Of a DNA stretch of 64,000 nucleotides, positions 50,345 through 60,852 are shown piece by piece. Numbering within the stretch: the first letter of the stretch is position 1; each line of letters starts with the position of its first letter. The stretch is from NCBI GenBank assembly GCA_965217115.1, contig OZ244239.1, positions 384,001 to 448,000 on the forward strand, written 5' to 3'. The DNA is from Bdellovibrionales bacterium. Its GTDB lineage: Bacteria > Bdellovibrionota > Bdellovibrionia > Bdellovibrionales > CAYMLA01. Both the position numbers and the translations under genes were made by a program. The notes below the pieces were generated by a model. That model saw only the letters and a program-made list of their open reading frames with translations. It was not told where the DNA came from and did not search any database.

Positions 50345-51151
50345 ATGAACATCACCATTGCATTTTTATCTTGGCTTTTAGACACCGTTTTCGCGATCAT
50401 TCCGAGAGCCACGCCCGCAAGAGAGAAACTCTCACAAGTGCGCATTGTCGCCCACAGAGGGTGTCATAATTCCCATGCTAAAGAAAACACGATGCCCGCC
50501 TTCAGCAGAGCTGCTATCAACGGCGTTTGGGGGATCGAGTTTGATGTTCGCTGGACAAGGGATTTTGTTCCCGTTATTAGCCACGATGAAAACCTCAAAA
50601 GAGTTTTTAATAGAGATCTCAACATCTCTGATACAGATTTTTCTGAACTGAGAAAACAAGCCCCGGAAGTCCCCTCTCTGAGAGAACTCGTCGAAGCACA
50701 CGGTCAGCAAATTCATTTTATGATCGAGATCAAAAATGAACTCACCACAGACACCCATGCTAAACTCAACAACTTTTCGTCTGCCCTAAGTCGTCTCACG
50801 CCAAAGGTCGATTTTCATATTCTTAGCCTTGAACCACAAGTCACATTCCCTTTGCTCAAAGATGTTTACGCTCCTAATGTTTTTCTTCCCACCTCTTTAA
50901 TGAACGCGAAGACCCTCCACAAGCAGACATTGCATCTAAACTACGCCGGCCTTCTGGGCTCTTATTTTCTTGTGACAGATAAGATGCTAAAAAATTATCT
51001 GGATAATAACCAAGGGATTGGAACTGGGTTTGTTCGTTCTAAAATGGCTCTCTACCGAGAAGTTAACCGTGGAACGACTTGGGTCTTCTCCAACCACGCC
51101 GATCAATTGCAACAATATCTCCATTGCGATTCCAAGAAGAAAACTTCTTGA
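50345..51151 (+). CDS. Glycerophosphodiester phosphodiesterase family protein
   Basis: AHRG, ENT, IEFDV, HD. Confidence 0.88.
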   Translation: MNITIAFLSWLLDTVFAIIPRATPAREKLSQVRIVAHRGCHNSHAKENTMPAFSRAAINGVWGIEFDVRWTRDFVPVISHDENLKRVFNRDLNISDTDFSELRKQAPEVPSLRELVEAHGQQIHFMIEIKNELTTDTHAKLNNFSSALSRLTPKVDFHILSLEPQVTFPLLKDVYAPNVFLPTSLMNAKTLHKQTLHLNYAGLLGSYFLVTDKMLKNYLDNNQGIGTGFVRSKMALYREVNRGTTWVFSNHADQLQQYLHCDSKKKTS

Positions 51152-51331
51152 TCACTCCTTGAATACCCACCTAAATTGAAAAAAAAATAGACACAAGCCC
51201 TCTCTTTGCTGATAGGCCTTGCCCGATTTAAGTCCAGTTTTCAGCCAAAAGTCTATTAGACCTAAAGCAAGAAAACCCGACCTCCGAATGAGACTAAGAA
51301 CCTGACAAAAACAACCAGAGAGGTCTTAGTT

Positions 51332-52405
51332 ATGGCAAAGAAACTCTTCATCTATTTAGGCGTTCTCCTCTTTACCTCAATGAGTTGGTCCCTGTCCTAT
51401 TACATTCCCTACACTGGTCAAGCCAATGACGAAGTTGTGCTCATTGCTCAAAATAACAGTTCAGTACCACTCACGTTTTGGCTGCAACATCGTCATTCAG
51501 CCAGCGGCAAACTTATAGAAGACTCCTTTTTTTTGAGGGGCCAAGAGAAGCTCTCGCTCTTCCTTCATAGGAAAACTGCGCCCAGCATCTGGGCCGTCGT
51601 AACATTGGCATTTCAATCTTCCCCACGGGTTAGTTTTAAACTCAAAACTGCAGGGAGAACCCACGATCTTCTTCCCCACACTGCCAATGGTTATAAGATA
51701 TCGAAAAATAAACAAATAAAAAAAGTTTTTATTGCTAATACAAGTGCCATGGGTAATGACATTAGAATGTACGATGGTAAAAATCGTCTTTTGAAAAAAA
51801 TCACGATTAAACCACACGGAAGTTATTGGTTAAATCATTCTTCCTTAAAAGAGAATCTTCACAAGGTCACCTCTAGTTACCCCTCTCTAATGAGCACCTA
51901 TGCAAGCACGACAAACACTCAGGAAGGCAATGTTTATAAAAATGTCTCCCCCCCTTCCTACCACTGGGACTGGCAGCATAAGCCCATTCGTCGTCCACTT
52001 TCACCCGACCCCCGTCACCACTATTTTCTTATTGGCCGACAAAATCAGCCGTCTTCTCAGGAAACATTTGTTATTCCCATGGATGACCCTGCCCTTATTG
52101 AGGAAGCTCGTTACCTTATTAATCATCCTGAAGTTCAATGGGGAAGAATCATCTCTGCGAGAATTGCTTTAGGACACGGAGGTTTTAATCGACACTTTAA
52201 GGCTTCACAACAACCAGTTTGGTCTTGGCACGTCAATCAAGTGACCAGCCTTGGAGATTTTGGTTCACAATTCTGTGATGGCTCTCCTACACAGGTCGAA
52301 CTTCTGGCCCAAGAATGGGTGGACAACATTGGGATTATCTGCTTCTGGAACTTCACCTTTATAAGAGAACTCAAACCTAAAGAGCTCTCTTTAAAAAATC
52401 AATAA
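51332..52405 (+). CDS. Secreted protein with C-terminal BP74-like domain
   Basis: Signal peptide; FVI..DPALIEEAR, WSWH, CDG.P..VE, C.W...REL. Confidence 0.55.
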   Translation: MAKKLFIYLGVLLFTSMSWSLSYYIPYTGQANDEVVLIAQNNSSVPLTFWLQHRHSASGKLIEDSFFLRGQEKLSLFLHRKTAPSIWAVVTLAFQSSPRVSFKLKTAGRTHDLLPHTANGYKISKNKQIKKVFIANTSAMGNDIRMYDGKNRLLKKITIKPHGSYWLNHSSLKENLHKVTSSYPSLMSTYASTTNTQEGNVYKNVSPPSYHWDWQHKPIRRPLSPDPRHHYFLIGRQNQPSSQETFVIPMDDPALIEEARYLINHPEVQWGRIISARIALGHGGFNRHFKASQQPVWSWHVNQVTSLGDFGSQFCDGSPTQVELLAQEWVDNIGIICFWNFTFIRELKPKELSLKNQ

Positions 52406-52456
52406 CTCTAAAAAATATATGGTTCTCCCAATTTGTTTTCCCATAGATGCCCTTTA

Positions 52457-52954
52457 CTACTTTGACACTGACGTTTGAGCCGACTGTCCTTGGGTTTCTT
52501 CAACTTCCACTCCTATCTTCTCTACCCCCAAAGGAGAGAGTCTCTGTAAAAGATCAATGGCCAACAGTTTTGAAAGTTCCTCAACACTTGTGTTCATCGT
52601 ATTAAGCCTCTCCACCTCGTTAATGGGAAAAGCGTAATAACGATCTCGAAAATGAACATGCAGAGTGCCTCCCTCTTCACGAAATTTAAAGTCACTATGA
52701 TTTGCAGGTAACAAAACCTTTTCATCCCAAATAGATATTAATTTTTCCGCTTCTTTTTTTATTTTAGAGAAATCTATGTAAAGCCCGCCAGATAACTGAC
52801 CAACGTCCTTCTCAGGCACTGGGATCTCAATTCTAACTCGATAATTATGCCCATGGAGTCTCTCAGCTCGCTTCCCGTCAAAAATAAGAAAATGGGCCGC
52901 AGAGAATTTGAATCTCTCTTTATAAAGCTTTAAAACAATCCCTTCGATTTTCAT
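52457..52954 (-). CDS. 6-pyruvoyl-tetrahydropterin synthase family protein, PTPS-III type
   Basis: FSAAH, ERLHGH (Glu, no Cys), EET. Confidence 0.8.
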   Translation of the reverse strand: MKIEGIVLKLYKERFKFSAAHFLIFDGKRAERLHGHNYRVRIEIPVPEKDVGQLSGGLYIDFSKIKKEAEKLISIWDEKVLLPANHSDFKFREEGGTLHVHFRDRYYAFPINEVERLNTMNTSVEELSKLLAIDLLQRLSPLGVEKIGVEVEETQGQSAQTSVSK

Positions 52955-53065
52955 AAACACCCTCAACACGTAAAATTCTACTGAAGATAGCTATTTGGCA
53001 ATGCTTTCACCATACACCCCCGTCTTATCATTGACTACTGATAAGCGATCAATTAATCCATTACT

Positions 53066-53461
53066 ATGGATTTTGAACTCAGCCAAAGCTTTACTATTGA
53101 ATCAGCGCGTTTTTTGCCCCATTTACCCCAAGAACATCCTTGCTCACGCATCCACGGCCACAGCTTTCTTATAAGGCTTATCATCCGCGGCCCCGTTGAT
53201 CAGAAAATCGGCTGGGTCATGGATTATTCAGACATTCAAAAAGCCATGGAGCCTATTTTAAAATTAACCGATCACCAACAACTCAACAAAGTCCAGGGGC
53301 TGGAAAATCCAACCACCGAAACCCTCTGCCAATGGATTTATAATAAATTAAAAAACCAACTGCCTCTATTGCACCAAGTTGAGATTAAAGAAACTGCCAC
53401 CACCTCTTGTGTGTACCCTATACCAAGAGCAAACTCTGACCCATCAAGACAGAGCCTCTGA
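53066..53461 (+). CDS. queD: QueD-like 6-carboxytetrahydropterin synthase
   Basis: CSRIHGH, DH..LN, NPTTE, KET. Confidence 0.8.
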   Translation: MDFELSQSFTIESARFLPHLPQEHPCSRIHGHSFLIRLIIRGPVDQKIGWVMDYSDIQKAMEPILKLTDHQQLNKVQGLENPTTETLCQWIYNKLKNQLPLLHQVEIKETATTSCVYPIPRANSDPSRQSL

Positions 53462-54284
53462 AGCTAAGAGATTTATCATTGAGAACATCTCCATAGGAGC
53501 TTGGATAAAGCACCACAGCAGAACTGCCCATATGAAAAATCCCGGCTTCCTCTCCCGCAGCCATAGAAATGCCTTGTTCGTATTTTTTACTCACCATCTT
53601 CTTGGATTGTCCCACCCGATTGGTCACCAATGTTTTATCATAAGACATTGTTATCTTGCCCACATTTGTTGCGCCAATCATAATTAAAGCGACTGTCCCC
53701 TTTGCTGTCTCTATGTAAGTAACAACACGTTCATTCACTGCAAATAAATTATCAATGTTGTTCACGCTCCAAGAATTAACAGGCCACAGTGAACCCGGAA
53801 TGTGGGCTGCCCCGCGAATAACTCCCGTCACTGGAGAGTGAACTCTATGGTAATCCGTCGGACACAGATAGTATGTACAATAAAACCCACTGTGATATTT
53901 CTGGGCTTTTTCTCTACTCCCCAACAAACTCTCTACAGAATAACTCTTTCCTTTGCACTGAATTAATTGTCCGCCGCTGGATTTATCATCTTCAATGAAC
54001 CCTCCCCCTTGAGTCATCTCAGAATCGGCTGGATGGACTAAATCCCCCTCAACTGGTCGTAGGCCTTTTTTTAACTTGCGAGTGAAGAGATCACCAATGC
54101 TGTGATAATGTTCCAGAGGATACTCAGCCTCTTCCATATTGATATTGTATTTATTGGCAAAGGCCCTCAAACTCCAAGACCTCAGTGCCCCTGGAAGATT
54201 TAAGTGCACTAGATAACCCACCAAATGACTCAACCATATTTTAGGAACAGTACGAATAAATAAGCTAAACAGCGACTCTTTCAT
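53418..54284 (-). CDS. psd: Phosphatidylserine decarboxylase
   Basis: FTRKLK, YLCPTDYHRVH, GATNVG, FHMGSS self-cleavage site. Confidence 0.93.
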   Translation of the reverse strand: MKESLFSLFIRTVPKIWLSHLVGYLVHLNLPGALRSWSLRAFANKYNINMEEAEYPLEHYHSIGDLFTRKLKKGLRPVEGDLVHPADSEMTQGGGFIEDDKSSGGQLIQCKGKSYSVESLLGSREKAQKYHSGFYCTYYLCPTDYHRVHSPVTGVIRGAAHIPGSLWPVNSWSVNNIDNLFAVNERVVTYIETAKGTVALIMIGATNVGKITMSYDKTLVTNRVGQSKKMVSKKYEQGISMAAGEEAGIFHMGSSAVVLYPSSYGDVLNDKSLSFRGSVLMGQSLLLV

Positions 54285-54390
54285 CTACACTCACTTTTTT
54301 AGAGATCAAATATCATAGGACTTGAACATACTACCTATTTTATGACAAGCTGCCAACATTAAGGAAAAAACTCCTTCTAAAAGATTTAAT

Positions 54391-55929
54391 ATGCCAAAAA
54401 AGATCGACAACATACAAATACCTCTCGGAGAATCCTTAGAAGAAAAACTCCAACTTCTCTCCCCTGACTGGAGTGACTATCGCATTCTACGCAAATCTAT
54501 AGATGCACGTAAGAGACGTCAATTGCAGTTCATATACTCTGTCGAGGTGGCTGGTCCCGGAGAAACCCTCTCTGAGCCCCTCTTCTGTCTGGAAAAAATC
54601 AAAACCAATGAAAGACCAATCATCATCGGCGCTGGACCTGCTGGACTCTTTGCCGCCCTTCGTTTCGTCGAGAGAGGAGTCCCCTGTACTCTTATAGAGA
54701 GGGGCTCTCAAGCAGAAAAACGCCTCTTTGCCATCAACCGTTTTTGGCGCTCTGGAGAGCTTGACCCTGACAACAATATCTACTTTGGCGAAGGGGGCGC
54801 GGGTCTTTACTCTGATGGAAAACTTATCACGCGTATTAAATCACCACACATTCCCTACGTTATGAATCGTCTTGTTCAATTTGGCGCACCTAAAGAAATT
54901 CAATATCTAGCCAACCCCCATGTCGGGTCTGATCGCCTCCGAAGAGTTATTCCCCACTTGCGTCAGTTTCTTATCCAGAATGGTTGTCAAATTCACTTTG
55001 ACACAGAGATCACAGACTTTCTCACCCACACATCCACAACGCCCCGTCATGTCACAGGAGTTAAAAGTAAAAAGGGAGATGTCTTCTATGCCCATCATAT
55101 TATTTTAGCCACTGGCACCGCTGCCCGTCCCTTATATGAAAACCTACAAAATCTTGGCGCCGAGATAAAAAATAAATCCTTTGCCATGGGATTTCGTATT
55201 GAGCATCAACAGAGTGCGATTAATAAGATTCAATACCGCCAGCATGCTGAACATCCAGAATTAGAGGCCGCGAACTACAAACTCACCCATCACGATCACT
55301 CCACAGGGTTAGGTGTGTTTAGTTTCTGTATGTGTCCTGGAGGTTACGTCCTCTCCTGTGGTACAGAACCTGACGGTGTCGTGTGTAACGGCATGAGTAA
55401 TTACAAAAGGAATTCCGGCTACGCCAATTCTGCCGTCGTTATCACCATTGACCATGAAAAGAACTTTACCAAAACATGGGATGGCTATAACCTCACCCGT
55501 CACATAGAAAAATCAGCCTGGAATATGACAAAGAAACATGGTGCTAGTAAACAGCTACCTGCTCAGATCGTCAGTGAATTTTTCTCGGGAAAGGCCACGG
55601 ACATCTTGCCCCACTCCTCCCCTTCAGGCTGTGTACCAGCCAGACTTGATCAACTTTTCAATGACACTCTGACTGGGCAAATTAAAGAAGCACTGGAAAA
55701 ATTCAACCAAAAAATGCCTGGATTTGTCTCCAATAAAGCTCTCTTGTATGGAGTCGAATCACGGACATCTAGCTCCATACAAATTTGCCGTGATAAAGAA
55801 TCACTGGAAAGCACCACACTAAAAGGCATCTACCCTTCAGGAGAAGGCGCAGGATACGCTGGGGGCATCACTAGCGCCGCCTGTGATGGAATACGCATTG
55901 CCGAAAAAATTATTACTCAATTGCAATGA
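54391..55929 (+). CDS. FAD-dependent oxidoreductase
   Basis: GAGPAG, GEGGAG..SDGK, FCMCPGG, GEGAGYAGGI. Confidence 0.88.
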   Translation: MPKKIDNIQIPLGESLEEKLQLLSPDWSDYRILRKSIDARKRRQLQFIYSVEVAGPGETLSEPLFCLEKIKTNERPIIIGAGPAGLFAALRFVERGVPCTLIERGSQAEKRLFAINRFWRSGELDPDNNIYFGEGGAGLYSDGKLITRIKSPHIPYVMNRLVQFGAPKEIQYLANPHVGSDRLRRVIPHLRQFLIQNGCQIHFDTEITDFLTHTSTTPRHVTGVKSKKGDVFYAHHIILATGTAARPLYENLQNLGAEIKNKSFAMGFRIEHQQSAINKIQYRQHAEHPELEAANYKLTHHDHSTGLGVFSFCMCPGGYVLSCGTEPDGVVCNGMSNYKRNSGYANSAVVITIDHEKNFTKTWDGYNLTRHIEKSAWNMTKKHGASKQLPAQIVSEFFSGKATDILPHSSPSGCVPARLDQLFNDTLTGQIKEALEKFNQKMPGFVSNKALLYGVESRTSSSIQICRDKESLESTTLKGIYPSGEGAGYAGGITSAACDGIRIAEKIITQLQ

Positions 55930-55931
55930 AC

Positions 55932-56336
55932 TCAAAAATTCACGGTGTTGTTATCCCAAACTGAAACCTCTACTTCGTGACCTGTTGGATCTTTCACGTA
56001 CCAAGAAGTTGAATGAGGATAAGAAATTGGGCTTGAGTAAAATGTCTTTAAAGAATTTGCCTTGATCGTCTCTTCCCACTCTCCCTGATCTTGGACAGAA
56101 ATACCAAAGTGATAAGTCTGATGAAATTCATCTCCCTTAGGGAAAGTTTTTTCAGGAAGCTCTGTTATGGCCAACATACTATCGCCACTTCTCAAAATTC
56201 CCCATTTACTGCCAGAGTCATTAGTCCCTTCCTCAACCAAATCAAAGTTAAAGACCTTTCCATACCATTCAACACTCTCATTAAAATTATTCACACTGAA
56301 ATTCACATGATCTATACTAGAAATTTTATTTTTCAT
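55932..56336 (-). CDS. VOC/glyoxalase family protein
   Basis: IDHVN, HFG, YVKDPTGHEVE; ATG 56336 with AGGAGG. Confidence 0.85.
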   Translation of the reverse strand: MKNKISSIDHVNFSVNNFNESVEWYGKVFNFDLVEEGTNDSGSKWGILRSGDSMLAITELPEKTFPKGDEFHQTYHFGISVQDQGEWEETIKANSLKTFYSSPISYPHSTSWYVKDPTGHEVEVSVWDNNTVNF

Positions 56337-56346
56337 CTCGACCTCC

Positions 56347-57390
56347 TTAAGAGACATCTTCCCCCTCTTCATATGAGCCCCAGGGTTTCTTACTTGCCGT
56401 GAAACCATCCGCATCTACGGGACTATCCTCGTCATTCTCAAAAGCCTCTAAGGCTTCGATCACTTCAGGGTCTATTTTCGATTCATCATAGCGAGCTAAC
56501 CAACGCTGGTCCTTACTTTGGACCTCTTCATCCAAGGCCAAACGATCACGAATGTCCTGGGCTCGTTCACTGTCTCTCTTTTCTTTTTGCCGTAGCTTCT
56601 CCTCTTCAAAAAAATCAGAGGATGTACTAATTTCTTGCAGCTGATCTGTAATATTGCTTAAGTCCATGTCTCCTTGGGAATAATTAGCGGACACCTCCTC
56701 AGACAAGGTCTCTGTAATATCAGAGAGTTTACGTTTCTCTCCCTCTTCCTCTATAATTCCCTCAGGAATTAATTCATCAATCTCACTCAACGTAGGCAGT
56801 TCTCTTAAATTACGCAGCCCAAAAATCTCAAGAAACTTTTTTGTCGAGCTGTACTGCATTGGTTTGCCTGGTAAATCACTCTTGCCATCAAATTTAACCA
56901 AACTCCTCTCCATCAGAGAGCGCAATAAATGCCCACTCTCAACTCCACGGATTTCATCCACTTCCATTTTCACAACAGGTTGTTTATAGGCAACGATTGC
57001 CAAAACCTCTAACGCAGGTCCTGACAGTCTAAAAGGACGACCCTTAACCATGCGTCTAAGGTAATCCATATTATCAGTTTTTGTGCGTAGTTGATAACCC
57101 CCTGTCACTTCTTCTAAGCAGACACCCCTGCAAGCACCAGCAAGTTCGACCTCCAACGCCTCCAAGGCCCTCTTGATCTTATCTGATTTAATATCAGTGC
57201 CTTTGAAGATTTGTTTAAATGTCGCTAAACTCACTGGCTTCTCTGTGGAAAACAAAACGCTCTCTATAATTGATTCCAATTTCTCAGCCTCAATACACTC
57301 AACGTCCTCTATCTCCACCGATTCAAATTCATCTAGCTCTGACCCCTTAAGCTTCTGCTGTTTTTCTTTCACTTGATTTTTGTCCATCAT
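56347..57390 (-). CDS. scpB: SMC-Scp complex subunit ScpB
   Basis: LSGPALEVLAIVAYKQP, IRGV, FLEIFGL. Confidence 0.93.
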   Translation of the reverse strand: MMDKNQVKEKQQKLKGSELDEFESVEIEDVECIEAEKLESIIESVLFSTEKPVSLATFKQIFKGTDIKSDKIKRALEALEVELAGACRGVCLEEVTGGYQLRTKTDNMDYLRRMVKGRPFRLSGPALEVLAIVAYKQPVVKMEVDEIRGVESGHLLRSLMERSLVKFDGKSDLPGKPMQYSSTKKFLEIFGLRNLRELPTLSEIDELIPEGIIEEEGEKRKLSDITETLSEEVSANYSQGDMDLSNITDQLQEISTSSDFFEEEKLRQKEKRDSERAQDIRDRLALDEEVQSKDQRWLARYDESKIDPEVIEALEAFENDEDSPVDADGFTASKKPWGSYEEGEDVS

Positions 57391-58181
57391 ATCCTCGCTG
57401 CGGCTTCTAAGTTTGTCTCGTATTCTTCAACACGACTAATGGCATCGGTATTAATTTCTTGGCAACCCTCCACATAAATTTCTTCATAGGTCGCACTTTG
57501 AAAGATTTTAATCATTTGCAACTTACCCAACTCTAGAATCGACAAAAATGTAATCAAGCTTTCTTTTAATCGCGACTCACTCTCTTTTGATTGAATTAAA
57601 GAAGACATTGGCACTTGCTTACCCAGCAAGAGCCGATCTTTAATCTCTATAATTCGACTAGCAACAGATTGCGTCTTAATAGCCACCTTGTGAACCTGTC
57701 TCTTCATAGAGTGCATCGCTCTACGATAGGAAGAGATCAAAGAAAATAGAGCATTGTCTTCCACGACAATTCCCCCTTCAACTTGAGGCAAGCTCTCACA
57801 AGAGCCTCTCACCCAAATATCTCGACCTAACAAAGGACGTTCATAGAGAACTTTAGCCGCCTCTTGGTATTTTTCATATTCTAAAAGTTTTTGCACGAGC
57901 TCGCGGCGTGGGTCCCCACCCTCAATCTCTTCCCCAGCTTCATTATAAGTTGGTAAAAGCATCCTCGCCTTGATCTGAATAAGAGTGGCGGCCATCGCTA
58001 CAAAATCCCCAGCGAATTCTAAATCCAATTCCTTCATGACTTTAATGTATTCAAAATACTGTTTAGTGATTTCATTGATATTAATATCCAGCACATCCAT
58101 CTCTTCTTTACGTATTAAATAAAGAAGAAGTGCTAGAGGACCTTCAAATTTTTGGAGCTGTACATTAATCAATGCCGTCAC
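57387..58181 (-). CDS. scpA: Segregation and condensation protein ScpA
   Basis: FEGPL.LLL, MAATL..IK.RMLLP, DPR, FLSILEL. Confidence 0.93.
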   Translation of the reverse strand: MTALINVQLQKFEGPLALLLYLIRKEEMDVLDININEITKQYFEYIKVMKELDLEFAGDFVAMAATLIQIKARMLLPTYNEAGEEIEGGDPRRELVQKLLEYEKYQEAAKVLYERPLLGRDIWVRGSCESLPQVEGGIVVEDNALFSLISSYRRAMHSMKRQVHKVAIKTQSVASRIIEIKDRLLLGKQVPMSSLIQSKESESRLKESLITFLSILELGKLQMIKIFQSATYEEIYVEGCQEINTDAISRVEEYETNLEAAARI

Positions 58182-58454
58182 TCCTTCTGATAAGATATTG
58201 AAATATCATAACCATCAAACCCCATCTAGCGCTCCGCCCTATCTCTGTCGTCTTCCTCGACCTAGGGCTGACACTCATAATTCAATCAACACCCCGCCTC
58301 TTTTTCAACCTTCTTTTCAAGGCTCCCCATGAACATCGGTGCAACTATCTAATATTAGTTGAAACCACCCCATTCATCAACAGAAGATATCCCTGGAGAA
58401 GAGCCCATTGTCCACAAAACAACGCAGCGCGTTGCTCTGCGGTCCTCCCCTGGA

Positions 58455-59129
58455 TCACCCTAACGTCACAGCAATGAAATTTGAAATTTTCAATAGACCC
58501 TCATTAATTTGATACAGAGGCAGAAACAGATACCGTAGCTGTCCTGTGAACATCAAGATAAAAAACACAATCAAAATTGTCCGATTGTTCTGATAAACCC
58601 ACTGATTAGCTCGGTAGGAAAGAAATCTCTCTAAAATCTTCCCCCCGTCCAAAGGGTGAATGGGAAGTAAATTAAAAAAAGCGAGGAATAAATTAATCAA
58701 AATAAAAAACTGGAAAAAACTCACCACTAAATTATAGTAGTTTCCACCGAAGAAAATATTCGCTAGAACACCTAACAAAACAGTGCCACTCAGGGCCAAA
58801 AATATATTCGATGCGGGGCCAGCCAACGCCACCCAGAACATATCTTCCTTAGGGTTATCTAATTTTCTCACATCAACAGGAACAGGCTTTGCCCAACCAA
58901 ACAAGAACCCACCTGGAAACATAAAGGCCATTAAAGGAAAAATAACAGTCCCCAACCAATCAATATGGGCCATGGGGTTCATACTCAAACGCCCCATTGA
59001 TTCTGCCGTGTCATCTCCCTTTCTTTTAGCCATCCAAGCATGGGCGGCTTCATGGAAACACATAGCAAAAAGAAATGCGATATACTTAGGGAGTGCCTGT
59101 GCAATTGTGCCCAATAAATCCATAGACAC
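58455..59129 (-). CDS. Site-2 protease (M50) family protein
   Basis: HEAAH, ALAGP, NLLPIHPLDG. Confidence 0.92.
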   Translation of the reverse strand: MSMDLLGTIAQALPKYIAFLFAMCFHEAAHAWMAKRKGDDTAESMGRLSMNPMAHIDWLGTVIFPLMAFMFPGGFLFGWAKPVPVDVRKLDNPKEDMFWVALAGPASNIFLALSGTVLLGVLANIFFGGNYYNLVVSFFQFFILINLFLAFFNLLPIHPLDGGKILERFLSYRANQWVYQNNRTILIVFFILMFTGQLRYLFLPLYQINEGLLKISNFIAVTLG

Positions 59130-59207
59130 ATCCTACATTAAGCCGACAGCCTAGTCCAGAAGATCGTATTGTAAATTCTAAAGACTTTCTAAAATACTGA
59201 CCGATGA

Positions 59208-60824
59208 CTAAGGTTTTAACTTGTTTTTGTACTTATAAGCATGATTAGAGATCAAGCTCGATACTCTTCGATATTCACTCAATAAATCTAAGTGAATAGA
59301 GCTTGTGTTGATCGACTCCCGCATTCCTTGATTCAAGCGCTCTATGTGGGATTGACGTAAATTATTTTCTAGTTTACGCAATGCTCGTTTTGAATTAATA
59401 ACATTCTCAGCTAATTCGTGACGAATAAAACAATTCACACCTAAGGCGCATACATTTAACATCTCTGTGTGCATTTTCTTAATCTCTCTCCAGCCCTCTT
59501 CACTAAACTCTAGTTTGAGATAATTCTTTTTCCGTGAAAGGTCTAACACAGTGTGGTCGATAATATCCGCAGCGCTTTCCAAATCACTGGCAAACATAAT
59601 CATCTCCATAACAGATTTGTTCACTTCATCATTTTGATCGACCCCCTCTTCCCCAAGAAGAAAGTCTTTTATCTCGCGGAATAAATGATCGACCATATTA
59701 TCCCGTTCTTCTATGGACTCTCTAATTTCTTGATCATCTTCTTCAAAAAGACGAATAGAATCTCTAGCCATACTCATGACAATATCCGCCATGCGCATAA
59801 TCTCACGACTGGCATAAGTTTCAGCTATTGCAGAGGAACTATAGGTTTCTCTTCTTAAGAACTTAGCTCCAAACACTTTATCACCACTTCCCTTTGGAAA
59901 TAAAAATTCAATGAAACGGGCGACCCATCTAATGAACGGGAAAAACAAAATCGCCGAAACCACGTTCAACACAAGGTGTGCATTCGCAATAGCTCGCACT
60001 TCGTTCACCGAAAAAGACATCACCCAATTCACCCCAGAGATTGCAAAATAAGAAAATATCAGTACGCTCACCGCTTTGTAGAAAAAATGAGCCCAAGCCA
60101 CTTGCCTACCGATATAATTGCCACCAATGGATGCCATCAAGGCCGTCGATGTCGTACCGATATTGGCTCCCAAGACCCAAAAAAAAGCGTCGTACATAGA
60201 AATCATTCCCGCCTGCGTAAAACCCATAGCCAAACCAATGGTCACAGCACTGCTGTGCACAAAACCACTAAAGCATGTCGCTACAAGCAACGAAGCCCAA
60301 GGGTTGCCTGAGAGATTTTTAAATATCTCGGTCACAAAAGGAACTTTAGCAATAGCGTTTGCCCCTAAACCAATAAGTTCCATACCAAAAAACAACAGGC
60401 CAAAACCCATGAGAACACCCATGACTTTTTTTATAAAATCTTTCTTGGCGATAAAATAAACACTAAAGGCCCCGATAAATACAAGTAAGCCCCATTGAGC
60501 AATATTGAAACTGATCAGTTGCACCGTCAACGTCGAGCCAACCGCAGAGCCTATAATGACTCCCATCACTTCCGACAAAGTGATCACTCCTGCCGACCCC
60601 AAACCTACTAACATCGACGTCACAGCTCCAGAGCTCTGCAAAAGAACCGTTAACGCCGCTCCAACTAAAATTGCTAAAAATGAATTTGTTGATAATTTAT
60701 TCAGAAGTAATCGTACACGATTAATCATCAATTTTTCTAAAAAATGACTACACAGGCTCATACCATACATAAAAAAAGCAACACCGCCTAAGAGAAGCAC
60801 CAAATCATTATGTTGCAACATCAA
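59208..60824 (-). CDS. Na+/phosphate cotransporter with PhoU-like C-terminus
   Basis: LQSSGA and VHSSA repeats, GANIGT, PhoU-like helical tail. Confidence 0.9.
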   Translation of the reverse strand: MMLQHNDLVLLLGGVAFFMYGMSLCSHFLEKLMINRVRLLLNKLSTNSFLAILVGAALTVLLQSSGAVTSMLVGLGSAGVITLSEVMGVIIGSAVGSTLTVQLISFNIAQWGLLVFIGAFSVYFIAKKDFIKKVMGVLMGFGLLFFGMELIGLGANAIAKVPFVTEIFKNLSGNPWASLLVATCFSGFVHSSAVTIGLAMGFTQAGMISMYDAFFWVLGANIGTTSTALMASIGGNYIGRQVAWAHFFYKAVSVLIFSYFAISGVNWVMSFSVNEVRAIANAHLVLNVVSAILFFPFIRWVARFIEFLFPKGSGDKVFGAKFLRRETYSSSAIAETYASREIMRMADIVMSMARDSIRLFEEDDQEIRESIEERDNMVDHLFREIKDFLLGEEGVDQNDEVNKSVMEMIMFASDLESAADIIDHTVLDLSRKKNYLKLEFSEEGWREIKKMHTEMLNVCALGVNCFIRHELAENVINSKRALRKLENNLRQSHIERLNQGMRESINTSSIHLDLLSEYRRVSSLISNHAYKYKNKLKP

Positions 60825-60852
60825 TCACTTCCTTCATCTTCATTGCTAAGAA

